A DNA stretch of 64,000 nt. Source: Bacillota bacterium. Lineage in GTDB: Bacteria > Bacillota > Desulfotomaculia > Desulfotomaculales > Nap2-2B. The position numbers were made by a program, and so were the translations under genes. Below the pieces are notes generated by a model. That model had not been told where the DNA came from, did not search any database, and saw nothing but the letters and a program-made list of their open reading frames with translations. The stretch covers positions 16,974-80,973 of the forward strand of contig JBFMBG010000002.1 in the NCBI GenBank assembly GCA_040755215.1, given 5' to 3'. Below are positions 8,265 through 17,445 of this stretch, one piece after another; the first letter of the stretch is position 1, and each line of letters begins with the position of its first letter.

Positions 8265-10031
8265 ATGGCGGAGGAAATGGAAAAAATGGTGAACGAACCG
8301 GTGAGCGAAGCAGGCCGGATCATCGGAAAGGCTTCGGCAACCGAACGCGAACCGAACTCTTCCGAAAAGTTTTTCTTCTGGCTGGCCCCCGAAGAAATCG
8401 TCAACCCCTTCGACATCGTTGAGGTGGAGCAGATGGAGGGTACCCGCACCTTCGGCCTGGTCACCAACATCAGGCAAATTACCGATGCCCCGTCGCACCT
8501 TTCCAACTTTATCGCCAGCGATTTCGGGAGTACCGCGACAACGCCCCAGACCCCCCGCCAGGGGGCAAATGTGGCCGAGGTCAGCGTGCTGGCCAACCAC
8601 GACCCCTCCGAACCCAAGCGCTACCCCATGGGTATTTACATGCCGGTGCAGAACGAAGCGCCGGTGCGGTTCGCGGAAGAACAGGGGATCCACGTGGCCC
8701 TGGGCATCGACAAGATGTTCGAATACGAAAAAGAACACAGAGAAAAAATCACTATCCCTGCCGGACTGATCCGGATGTCCAACGGCACCCGGGTACGCGT
8801 GTACCTCGATAAGCGGTACGTCCTGGGACCGGAGGGCGCCCACGTGAACATCGCCGGAATTTCCGGCCTGGCGACCAAAACATCCTACGCCCTGTTCCTT
8901 ATCCAGTCAATCCTGCAAACCGCCGGCACCAAAGACATCGCGGTCATCCTGCTGAACGTCAAACAAAACGACCTCCTGGTTATTGACCGGCCCCGGAAAG
9001 GGATGAAGCCGGAGGAGCACGAGCTCTGGGAGTTCCTCGGCCTCAGGCCCAAGCCCTTTGAAAATGTACGCTACCTGCTTCCCTGGGGAAAGGAAACCCA
9101 AACCACGGGGCTTCCCAATTGTTTCGGCGAGCCCCCGGACCAGTTCCTGACTTACGCCTATTCCTTAGAAGATGTGATCGGCAACCGGGTGCGTCCCGGT
9201 CCCGGCCTGGGCCTGCTCATTCGCGTTCCCGACCCGTGGGATACCCTGGGCGCTTTGATCGGGGAAATTCAACACGGAATCATGAACCAAGAGCCCAGGT
9301 GGCGAAGCGTAACTGCCTGGAGCAGCCTCTTGAACGGCCCTCCCTTGATGGAGAAGGGCGTTCCCCAGGCGGTCGGCGAAGTCCGCGCCTCGTCCGTGGG
9401 GCGTTTTGTGCGCATCCTCCGCCGGGTGGTCCGCAACCGGCAGTCCGGAGTGTTCGTAGAACAGCGCTCTGCGCGCCGAGCCGCCAACCTGGGGGACGAA
9501 ATCCGCCGGATCGAGGGCGGGCAGATTATCGTTGTCGATATTGCCAAACTAACCGACGAAGAACGGGCGCTGGTTTTCGGCCACATTATCCAGGAGGTTT
9601 ACGGAATGTATGCCGAAGCCACCGTTGACGAAAGAAACGACCTCCCCAGGAGGGTGATCATTTTCGTCGACGAGCTGAACAAATACGCGCCGGCCCGCCG
9701 GGGGGAAGGAGAGTCTTCAATTCTGGAATACGTGCTGGACATTGCGGCCCGGGGCCGTTCCCTGGGGGTAGTGCTGATTTCCGCCGAACAATTTATGAGC
9801 GAGGTTCACGGACAGGTAATCGGAAATTGCGCGACAAAGGTAATCGGCCGGAGCGATTCTTCCGAACTTGCCGACGCCGCCTACCGGTTTATCGCCCAGG
9901 ACGTGAAAGCGCACCTGACGCGCCTGGACAAGGGTGAGCTCCTGCTCGCCCATCCGATTTACAGGCAGCCGGTGAAGATTGAATTTCCAAAGCCCGCTTA
10001 CCAGTTTATCGGGCATGAACGCCTGGGATGA
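8265..10031 (+). CDS. HerA/FtsK-superfamily ATPase (DUF87-like)
   Basis: 588 aa with an AGGAGG SD upstream. N-terminal barrel-like segment (GRIIGKA...FFFWL...FDIVEVE...FGLVTNI), P-loop AGISGLATKTS, Walker B RRVIIFVDELNKY, and downstream LISAEQ and GNCATKVIGR segments typical of HerA-like proteins. Confidence 0.65.
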   Translation: MAEEMEKMVNEPVSEAGRIIGKASATEREPNSSEKFFFWLAPEEIVNPFDIVEVEQMEGTRTFGLVTNIRQITDAPSHLSNFIASDFGSTATTPQTPRQGANVAEVSVLANHDPSEPKRYPMGIYMPVQNEAPVRFAEEQGIHVALGIDKMFEYEKEHREKITIPAGLIRMSNGTRVRVYLDKRYVLGPEGAHVNIAGISGLATKTSYALFLIQSILQTAGTKDIAVILLNVKQNDLLVIDRPRKGMKPEEHELWEFLGLRPKPFENVRYLLPWGKETQTTGLPNCFGEPPDQFLTYAYSLEDVIGNRVRPGPGLGLLIRVPDPWDTLGALIGEIQHGIMNQEPRWRSVTAWSSLLNGPPLMEKGVPQAVGEVRASSVGRFVRILRRVVRNRQSGVFVEQRSARRAANLGDEIRRIEGGQIIVVDIAKLTDEERALVFGHIIQEVYGMYAEATVDERNDLPRRVIIFVDELNKYAPARRGEGESSILEYVLDIAARGRSLGVVLISAEQFMSEVHGQVIGNCATKVIGRSDSSELADAAYRFIAQDVKAHLTRLDKGELLLAHPIYRQPVKIEFPKPAYQFIGHERLG

Positions 10032-11272
10032 TGCCGACGATGGCAAACTACCCAATTGAAGAAAGACGGGATTGGCGGCGGTGGGTGACTCCGAAACCCT
10101 TGCAGGACAAGCCCATCCACCGCTGGTACGTTTTCCCGCACAGCTTTACGAGCGAGCTGGTCCACGCTCTGATCGAGGAATGGGGCCTCGGGCCGGCAGA
10201 TTACCTCCTCGACCCTTTTGCCGGGGCGGGGACAACCTTACTGGCGGCAAAAGAGAGAGGGATCCCGGCCGCCGGTTACGATCTGTCTCCGCTGGCCGTG
10301 CTGGTCACCCGGGCGAAAATCGCCCATTACAGTTTGCCCGGCCTTTTCCGGACCTGGCACAGGCTGAAGGAGGACCTGGATCCCTGCCGCTGGACCGGTC
10401 CCTCCCGGAATTACCCCGACCTTGTCCGGAAAGCCCTCCCGGGCCGTTTACTGGCTGCCTTCGACGCAATTGACGGGGACATCGCCGGCCTTTCGGGCAC
10501 GGAAACGGAACGCTGCTTTTTCCGCACCGCCTTACTCGCCATTCTTCCCCGGTATAGCCGCGCCGTGGCCACCGGCGGGTGGCTGAAATGGGTCGCCAGG
10601 CAAGCCGACGTTGCCGATATCCCGGCCGCCCTGGCCGGGCGCGTGGAAACGATGCTGGCGGATCTCCAGAAAGTAAAATTCCCGCGCCGTTCCCGGTGGT
10701 GGCGCATCGGGCGGGCGGACGCCCGGCAGCTTCCCGACCCTTCGTCCGTCTATTCGGCCGTCATCACTTCCCCGCCTTACCCCAACCGCCACGACTACAC
10801 CCGGGTCTTCGGAATCGAGCTCATGTTTGGTTTCCTGGATTGGATCGAGCTCCGGAAGCTCCGGTACCAGAGCTTCCACTCCCATCCCGAGGCCCGCCCG
10901 GAGCGGCCGGCGGCAAAAGATTACGCGCCTCCGGCGGGGCTCGTCCGGGCGGTTGCGGAGATCCGCGCCAAAAGCAACGACCCCCGGGTTTCCCGGATGA
11001 TCGAGGGGTATTTTCTCGACCTGTACATCTGCCTCCGGGAACTCCGGCGGGTCTGCCGGCCCGGGGCGAAAGTGGCGCTTGTGGTAGGAAATGCCCAGTA
11101 CTGCGGAGAACCGGTGCTCGTCGACGAACTGACGGCCGAAATCGGGGAACAGGCCGGTTTAACCTGCGAGAAACTCCTGGCGGTGCGCTACCGGGGCAAC
11201 AGCGCCCAGCAAATGGGCAGCTACGGACGGAATCCTTCCCGGGAAAGCATAGTCATCTTCCGGAAGAGATGA
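10028..11272 (+). CDS. DNA methyltransferase (N6A or N4C; motif I before motif IV)
   Basis: 414 aa with an ATGA overlap on the HerA-like stop. IHRWYVFPHSFTSELV, LDPFAGAGTTLLAA (SAM motif I) and VITSPPYPNRHDY (catalytic SPPY). Confidence 0.75.
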   Translation: MMPTMANYPIEERRDWRRWVTPKPLQDKPIHRWYVFPHSFTSELVHALIEEWGLGPADYLLDPFAGAGTTLLAAKERGIPAAGYDLSPLAVLVTRAKIAHYSLPGLFRTWHRLKEDLDPCRWTGPSRNYPDLVRKALPGRLLAAFDAIDGDIAGLSGTETERCFFRTALLAILPRYSRAVATGGWLKWVARQADVADIPAALAGRVETMLADLQKVKFPRRSRWWRIGRADARQLPDPSSVYSAVITSPPYPNRHDYTRVFGIELMFGFLDWIELRKLRYQSFHSHPEARPERPAAKDYAPPAGLVRAVAEIRAKSNDPRVSRMIEGYFLDLYICLRELRRVCRPGAKVALVVGNAQYCGEPVLVDELTAEIGEQAGLTCEKLLAVRYRGNSAQQMGSYGRNPSRESIVIFRKR

Positions 11273-11275
11273 AAA

Positions 11276-12988
11276 CTAAAAGAGCAATTTTAACCTTTTT
11301 ATTTTCTCTTCTTCCTCCCTGAGCAGGGCATACGCTTCCTGCAGGGTTACCGGAGCAAACCGCACCCGGTCTCCCGGCCTTAACTGGCCCACTATCGGCA
11401 GGTCGACGGAAATTACCGTGGCCATTTCCGGATACCCGCCGACAGTCTGGGCGTCCACAAACAGAATGATCGGCCTTCCGTCACCGGGAACCTGTACCAT
11501 TCCCGGGACTGTTCCTTCGGAAATGATTTCCGGTTTCCCCGCGTGCTCAATTTGGGGGCCTTCCAGCCTTAAACCCATCCGGTCTGAATTGGCGCCGACC
11601 ACGTATTCCGCGGCAAAAAGGGTAGCCAATCCCCGGGCGGTGAAGCAATCCTCCCGGGGACCGGGAATAACCCGCAGGACGCAAGGCTGTTTCCACTCCG
11701 GAAGTATTTCCGGCGGCACTTTTCCTGGTGCACTTTTCCGCCGGCCCCTGCTCCCGGCCGGATAAGCCTTTAAAACATCCCCGGCGACCAGGGCCCGCCC
11801 CTCGTGTCCTCCGCAGGCGGCGCGCGGGTAAGTCGCCCGGCTGCCCATCACTTTCGGCACGGCAATCCCGCCGGCCACGGCGAGATAGGTCCGGCAACCG
11901 TTTTCGCTGTTGCCGGAAAAAGACAAAACGTCCCCTGTTTTGACCGGAACGGCCGACCAGCAGGGAATTTGCCTGCCGTTCAGCAGAACGGTAGCCTCCG
12001 CCCCGGCAACGGCAATTTCCGTGTCCCTTAAGAGGCGCAGAGTTGGTCCGCTGACGGTGATCTCCAGGCCGGCGGCATTTTCGTCGTTGCCCGCCAGAAT
12101 GTTCGCCAGCCGGAGAGAGAACCGGTCCGCCGCGCCCGCCGGCGGCACGCCGTATTTCCGGTAGCCGTACCTGCCCAGGTCCTGGACAACGGTGAAAAGG
12201 CCCGGGAAAAGCACTTCCAGCACCGGCTCCTCCGCTTTTTCAGCACCGGCGGCCAGTTGCGTAAATTCCCTTTCGTCAATGGGGACAAAATGCACTTGAT
12301 CACCCGGACTCAAAAGCGCCGGCGGTTCTTTTACCGGGTCAAACAACGCGAGCGGGGTCCGCCCGATGATCCGCCACCCCCCCGGACTGGCGACCGGGTA
12401 GATCCCCGTCTGGTTCCCGGCAATTCCCACGGAGCCGGCCGGGACGCTCATCCGGGGAGAGTCGAGCCGGGGGGTGGCGAGCCTCTCCGGCAAACCGCCC
12501 AGGTAGGGAAACCCGGGCAGAAACCCCAGCATATACACGTGATACGGGCTTTTTGTATGCAGGGCGACCACTTCCGCCGGTTCCAGGCCGTGGTAGCCGG
12601 CGACAAAATCCAAATCCGGTCCGTACTCCCCACCGTAGCAGACGGGTATTTCCACCGTTTTCGGGCGCGTCTTTTTTGGGGCAGCGCCGGCCGAAAGCCT
12701 TTCTTTAATCTTTTCCACCAGTTCGTAGTAAGCCGCCCTTTGGGGGTCGTAATAAACCGTTACCGTCCGGTAGGCCGGCACCAGTTCGACAATTCCGTCC
12801 AGGCCGGCAATTTTTTCCGCGGCAGTTTGGACCTGCCTGTTGATTCTTTGATTTATTTTATTCTCCCATTCGATAAGCAGGCCGCTATCGCCGGCCGTTC
12901 GAAACCGGGGCCACCGGGGAGTTTTGCCCTCTTTCACTTTCTCTTTTGCCCTCCGCATTTTTCCTTTCCCGCACGTGCCGGGGTTCAA
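11276..12988 (-). CDS. 5-oxoprolinase subunits PxpB-PxpC fused (KipI/KipA, allophanate hydrolase subunit 1+2 family)
   Basis: 570 aa. The N-terminal half (RFRTAGDSGLLIEWEN...LVPAYRTVTVYYDP) is PxpB-like. The C-terminal half (VLEVLFPGLFTVVQDLGRYGYRKYGVPPAGAAD) is PxpC-like. The start may be the second Met at 12958. Confidence 0.75.
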   Translation of the reverse strand: MNPGTCGKGKMRRAKEKVKEGKTPRWPRFRTAGDSGLLIEWENKINQRINRQVQTAAEKIAGLDGIVELVPAYRTVTVYYDPQRAAYYELVEKIKERLSAGAAPKKTRPKTVEIPVCYGGEYGPDLDFVAGYHGLEPAEVVALHTKSPYHVYMLGFLPGFPYLGGLPERLATPRLDSPRMSVPAGSVGIAGNQTGIYPVASPGGWRIIGRTPLALFDPVKEPPALLSPGDQVHFVPIDEREFTQLAAGAEKAEEPVLEVLFPGLFTVVQDLGRYGYRKYGVPPAGAADRFSLRLANILAGNDENAAGLEITVSGPTLRLLRDTEIAVAGAEATVLLNGRQIPCWSAVPVKTGDVLSFSGNSENGCRTYLAVAGGIAVPKVMGSRATYPRAACGGHEGRALVAGDVLKAYPAGSRGRRKSAPGKVPPEILPEWKQPCVLRVIPGPREDCFTARGLATLFAAEYVVGANSDRMGLRLEGPQIEHAGKPEIISEGTVPGMVQVPGDGRPIILFVDAQTVGGYPEMATVISVDLPIVGQLRPGDRVRFAPVTLQEAYALLREEEEKIKRLKLLF

Positions 12989-13156
12989 TCCCAGCGTCCA
13001 TTAAAGCCTTCCCAAAGGTAAAGCTGCACCCGGGCAAAAGGCGACCGGATCGGTGCGCCAGTACCCGGTTATTTCCGTGGTTTCCTCCACTAAAAAATCA
13101 AAGGCCGGGGCGCGCGGCAGGACCACCAGGTTGGCCTGGGCGCCCGGACAAAATTT

Positions 13157-13915
13157 TCAAGGCGGGGAAATCTTCACGCCGGCCGCCTGCAGCCGCTCCC
13201 TGATCGCCACCACCAGCGCCAGGGCGCCGGGATTATCCCCGTGGACACAGATTGTCTCCGGGTCTACGGTGATTTCCTGACCGTCGAGGGTGACCACCTT
13301 CCGGCGAATGACCATGTCCAAAACCCTCGCGACTACTTCTTCGGGATTTTCGATCACCGCGCCCGGAACGCTTCTGCTCACCAGACTGCCGTCCGCCCGG
13401 TAGGCCCGGTCGGCAAAAACTTCGTTTACCACGCGCAATCCCGTGCCTCTGGCGGCTTCCGCGAGCTGCGAACCGGGCTGGGCAAAGACCAACAGGGTTT
13501 TGTCGAAGGCGGCGACGGCTTCCGCGATGGCCTGCGCCAGCACGACGTCTTTTCCCGCCATGTTGTACAAGGCTCCGTGCGGCTTGACGTGCCGCAAGGA
13601 GACTTCCGCCGCCCGGCAAAAAGCGGCCAGCGCGCCGATCTGGTAAAGGACGTCGCTCTTCACCTCTGCGTAACTCAAGCTCATTTCGCGCCGCCCGAAA
13701 CCAACCCGGTCGGGGTAGCCCACGTGCGCGCCCACGGCCACGCCGTACTTTTTGGCCAGGGCAACCGTGCGCTCCATGACGCGGGGGTCGCCGGCGTGAA
13801 AGCCGCAGGCCACATTCGCCGACGAGATGTACCGGATTACTTCTGCGTCATTGCCAATCTCGTATGCTCCGAAACTTTCGCCCAGGTCGCAGTTAAGGTC
13901 GATTGTTACGATCAT
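13157..13915 (-). CDS. pxpA: 5-oxoprolinase subunit A (LamB/YcsF family)
   Basis: 252 aa. The N-terminus IDLNCDLGESFGAY is diagnostic of LamB/YcsF. It lies next to pxpBC. Confidence 0.85.
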   Translation of the reverse strand: MIVTIDLNCDLGESFGAYEIGNDAEVIRYISSANVACGFHAGDPRVMERTVALAKKYGVAVGAHVGYPDRVGFGRREMSLSYAEVKSDVLYQIGALAAFCRAAEVSLRHVKPHGALYNMAGKDVVLAQAIAEAVAAFDKTLLVFAQPGSQLAEAARGTGLRVVNEVFADRAYRADGSLVSRSVPGAVIENPEEVVARVLDMVIRRKVVTLDGQEITVDPETICVHGDNPGALALVVAIRERLQAAGVKISPP

Positions 13916-13989
13916 CGGTTTTCTCCCCCCCTCAAGGCCGTCCTGCCTGGCGTTCGTTTGCCGTCACGGTTTGCCGTCGCAGTAACTCC

Positions 13990-14694
13990 TTACATCCCCA
14001 GGTAAGCCCGGCGCACCAGGTCGCTGGCCAAAAGCTCTTCGCCGGTGCCCTGCGCAACGATGCGGCCCGTCTGGAGCACATAAGCCCTGTCGGCCAGCTC
14101 CAGGGCCTCCCGGACATTTTGTTCCACCAGCAGGATGGTTTTTCCTTTTTCTTTGATCCGGCGCACGAAATCAAAAATCAGGTCGACCAGCTTGGGCATT
14201 AAACCCAGGGACGGCTCGTCCAGGAGCATTAACCTGGGCGCCGACATGAGCCCCCGGGCGATGGCGAGCATCTGCTGCTCCCCGCCGCTTAACGTTCCGG
14301 CCACCTGGAACCTTCTTTCCCGCAGCCGGGGGAACAGGGTATAAACTTCTTCCAAAAGGGAATCCTTTTCTGCGGCCGACGAGATGGTGTAAGCGCCCAG
14401 GGCGAGGTTTTGCTCCACGGTCATGCGGGCAAAGGTCAGCCTCCCTTCCGGAACGTGCGCTATCCCGGCGGCGACGATCCGGTGCGGCGGCCACTGGCTG
14501 ATGTTTTGCCCCAGAAAATTGATTTCCCCCCGGGTCACCTTGACAAGGCCGGAGACGGCGCGCAAAATTGTTGATTTGCCCGCCCCGTTGGCGCCGACGA
14601 CGGCCACGATCTCCCCCTCCCGCACCTCAAAGGAGACGTCGTGAACCGCCGGCATCCCCTTGTAGCCGGCGGCGATTTCCTTAACCCGCAGCAT
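13990..14694 (-). CDS. livF: branched-chain amino acid-type ABC transporter ATPase (LivF-like)
   Basis: GANGAGKST Walker A, LSGGEQQMLAI signature, LLDEPS Walker B. Confidence 0.85.
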   Translation of the reverse strand: MLRVKEIAAGYKGMPAVHDVSFEVREGEIVAVVGANGAGKSTILRAVSGLVKVTRGEINFLGQNISQWPPHRIVAAGIAHVPEGRLTFARMTVEQNLALGAYTISSAAEKDSLLEEVYTLFPRLRERRFQVAGTLSGGEQQMLAIARGLMSAPRLMLLDEPSLGLMPKLVDLIFDFVRRIKEKGKTILLVEQNVREALELADRAYVLQTGRIVAQGTGEELLASDLVRRAYLGM

Positions 14695-15409
14695 AGTACT
14701 TTTCCCCCAAATAAGCCTTGATCACTTCCGGATTCTTCGCCACTTCCTCCGGCGGACCCTCGGCTATTTTATTTCCGCCGTCCAGCACCATTACCCGGTG
14801 AGAAATGGGCATGATCACTTCCATCACGTGCTCGACGACGAATAGAGTCACGCCCCTTTGGTTGATTGCCTGGACGAGCTCCACGGCTTCCTGCGTTTCC
14901 TTGGGATTCAGGCCGGCCATCACTTCGTCGAGCAGGAGCAGCTTCGGCCTCGTCGCCAGGGCGCGCGCCAGCTCCAGCCTTTTTTTATCCGCGATCGTCA
15001 GTTCTCCGGCCAAAACGTCCCGGCGGGCGGCCAGGCCGGTAAAGGCGAGCACTTCTTCCGCCCAGGCCGCGGCCCGCTTTTTGTTTTTATCGCGGAAAAA
15101 GGCGCCCACCAGAATATTTTCCAGCACCGTCATGCTGCCGAACGGGCGCACAATTTGAAAGGTGCGGGCAATTCCCCGCCGGCAGATCTCTTCCGGCGCC
15201 ATGCCGGTGATTTCCTCGCCGAGAAAGAATACTTTTCCCGCATCGGGCTTGTAAAAGCCCGCCACCAGGGCGAAAAAGGTGCTTTTGCCGGCTCCGTTGG
15301 GACCGATCAAACCGACAATTTCTCCTTCGTTGATTTGCAAATCAACCTTGTGGCAGGCCAACAGGCCGCCAAATTGTTTGGTTATTCCTTCCGCCGCAAA
15401 AAAGACCAC
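14681..15409 (-). CDS. livG: branched-chain amino acid-type ABC transporter ATPase (LivG-like)
   Basis: GPNGAGKST Walker A, LLLDEVMAGLNP, typical LivG C-terminus; overlaps livF. Confidence 0.85.
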   Translation of the reverse strand: MVFFAAEGITKQFGGLLACHKVDLQINEGEIVGLIGPNGAGKSTFFALVAGFYKPDAGKVFFLGEEITGMAPEEICRRGIARTFQIVRPFGSMTVLENILVGAFFRDKNKKRAAAWAEEVLAFTGLAARRDVLAGELTIADKKRLELARALATRPKLLLLDEVMAGLNPKETQEAVELVQAINQRGVTLFVVEHVMEVIMPISHRVMVLDGGNKIAEGPPEEVAKNPEVIKAYLGEKYYAAG

Positions 15410-15419
15410 TTCTCATCAC

Positions 15420-16397
15420 CTATTTCCTGGTAATTATACCCATCAAACCGGAGGGTTTGGCCACCGCGATGATCATGATTAACAAACCGTAAATGAGCAG
15501 ATCCAGGGCCGTTCCCCCTCCGCCCAGGTAGGCCCGGCTGAACTCGGAAAGGGGAATCATAATGGCGGCGCCGAGGACGGGGCCCCAAAGGGTGCCCACC
15601 CCGCCGAGGATGGCGATCAGGCAAACCTGGATGGAGAGCATCATGGGCAAAACGCTCTCCGGATCGATATAGAGAACGTACTGGGCGTAAAAAGTGCCGC
15701 CCACGGCCATGAAAAAGGCGCTCAAAGCCATGGCGACGAGCTTGTAGCGGGTAATGTTAATCCCCAGGCTCCGGGCCGCGTCGGGGTCGTCTTTGACGGC
15801 CCGGAAATAATACCCCAGGTAGCTTTTTTCCATGAGGTAGGTGCAGAGCAACTGGGCGCCCAAAAAAGCAAAGGCGATATAATAATAAGGCGCTTTCCGG
15901 GCAAACTGGAAGCTGGCCAGGCTCGCCGGCAAGATGGGCAGGTATTTGCCGACCGCCCCGCCGACCCATGCCCAGTTTACGAAGAGAACGAAGACTATTT
16001 CGCCCAGGGCGATGGTGGCGATGACAAAATAATGGCCCCTTAAACGAAAGCAGGGATACCCCAGGGCCAGGGAGACGAGGACGGCCGCCAGCCCCCCGGC
16101 AAGCATGCCCAGCCAGGGGCTCAAATTGAGCTCCAGGAGAAGCATGGTGGAGGTATAGGCGCCCAGTCCGAAGTATACGGCGTGCCCCAAAGAAACCTGC
16201 CCGGCATACCCGCCTAAAATATTCCACGCCCCGCCTAAAAGGGAGTAAAGAAAAATGAGGATCATTAAATGCAGGTAAAATGGGCTGGACACGAACGCGG
16301 GGAAAAACGCGAGAACCAGGAAGATTACTCCGAGAACCGCCCCGGTTTTTAAGTTAACGTTGGGAATTAAAGATATTTTCTGCCCAGGTTCTTGCAT
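15420..16397 (-). CDS. livM: ABC transporter permease (LivM-like)
   Basis: 325-aa polytopic membrane ORF with the GQVSLGHAVYFGLGAY motif, in the liv operon. Confidence 0.8.
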   Translation of the reverse strand: MQEPGQKISLIPNVNLKTGAVLGVIFLVLAFFPAFVSSPFYLHLMILIFLYSLLGGAWNILGGYAGQVSLGHAVYFGLGAYTSTMLLLELNLSPWLGMLAGGLAAVLVSLALGYPCFRLRGHYFVIATIALGEIVFVLFVNWAWVGGAVGKYLPILPASLASFQFARKAPYYYIAFAFLGAQLLCTYLMEKSYLGYYFRAVKDDPDAARSLGINITRYKLVAMALSAFFMAVGGTFYAQYVLYIDPESVLPMMLSIQVCLIAILGGVGTLWGPVLGAAIMIPLSEFSRAYLGGGGTALDLLIYGLLIMIIAVAKPSGLMGIITRK

Positions 16398-16415
16398 ACG
16401 CCAAAAACACCTCTT

Positions 16416-17291
16416 TTACGCAGTGCCCATCAGGCCCCGAGGCCGGATGAGCACGACCAGCAGATAAATGACAAAAACAACGGCGTACTTCAGGGAGGGA
16501 AGGATAAATACTCCGGCCAGGGATTCGGTTACGCCGATGATCAGGCCGGCAAAAAACGCCCCGGGAACGCTTCCGAACCCGCCCAGGGCAACGGTCACGA
16601 AGGCCAAAAAGCCAAAAATCGCCCCCACTTCGGGAAAAACGTAGTAAAAGTTCGCCAGGAGCGCGCCGGCAACCCCCACGCAGGCGGCCCCGATCCCCCA
16701 CGCCAGGGCAAACATCCGGTCGCTGTTGATCCCCATGAGTGCCGCCGCCTGCTTGTTTTCGGCAACGGCCTGCAGCGCCCAGCCGGTCTTGGTTTTGGTT
16801 ATAAAAAGATAGACCAGGGCAAACATAATCATCGCCCCGGCCGCGGCCACCAGCTGGGGCCTGGCCAGAAAAGCCCCCAGGACTTCGACCCGGCCGCCGA
16901 CCGCCACCGTTTCAATCATGCGGTAATCGGCGCTGAACAAAAACTGCGCCAGGCTGCGCAGAAAAACGAGCAGCCCGAAAGTGGCGAAGATCTGCGCCAG
17001 CATCGGCGCGTTCAGCACCGGCCTGATCAATACCCGGTAAGTGCCCACGCCGAAGAAAAATAGAACTATGGTGACAAGGGGGAGAGCCAGGAGCGGGTCC
17101 AGGCCCCACCAGACGTTAAACAGGTAGGCAAGAAACATGCTGGCCATCAAAAATTCGCCGTGGGCGAAATTCACTATGTCCATCACCCCGAAGATCACCG
17201 TCAGGCCCAGGGCGATTAAGGCGTAGATGCACCCCCACAGCAGGCCGGTGAAAATTGTTTGCACAATTATGGCGGAAGTTGCTTCGGACAA
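16416..17291 (-). CDS. livH: ABC transporter permease (LivH-like)
   Basis: The ORF track starts at 17339. I prefer the TTG at 17291, 9 nt after AAGGAGGTG. Polytopic protein with the FAHGEFLM motif. Confidence 0.75.
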   Translation of the reverse strand: MSEATSAIIVQTIFTGLLWGCIYALIALGLTVIFGVMDIVNFAHGEFLMASMFLAYLFNVWWGLDPLLALPLVTIVLFFFGVGTYRVLIRPVLNAPMLAQIFATFGLLVFLRSLAQFLFSADYRMIETVAVGGRVEVLGAFLARPQLVAAAGAMIMFALVYLFITKTKTGWALQAVAENKQAAALMGINSDRMFALAWGIGAACVGVAGALLANFYYVFPEVGAIFGFLAFVTVALGGFGSVPGAFFAGLIIGVTESLAGVFILPSLKYAVVFVIYLLVVLIRPRGLMGTA

Positions 17292-17303
17292 AGTTGCAAG
17301 CAC

Positions 17304-17434
17304 CTCCTTTGAAAATAGAGGCACAGAGGCAACAGGCACAAAGGCACAAAGGGAAATATGCCCGCGCTTTTAGCCTCATTTTCATTATTAATGGCGGGGA
17401 CGAACGTTCCCATGGGGAACTCCTTTGAAAATAG
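17304..17434 (-). repeat. 15-nt direct repeat carrying an SD sequence (two copies, 116 nt apart)
   Basis: Plus-strand ctcctttgaaaatag occurs at 17304-17318 and 17420-17434. On the minus strand this reads CTATTTTCAAAGGAG. Confidence 0.8.
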
Positions 17435-17445
17435 CTTTCTGCGAT

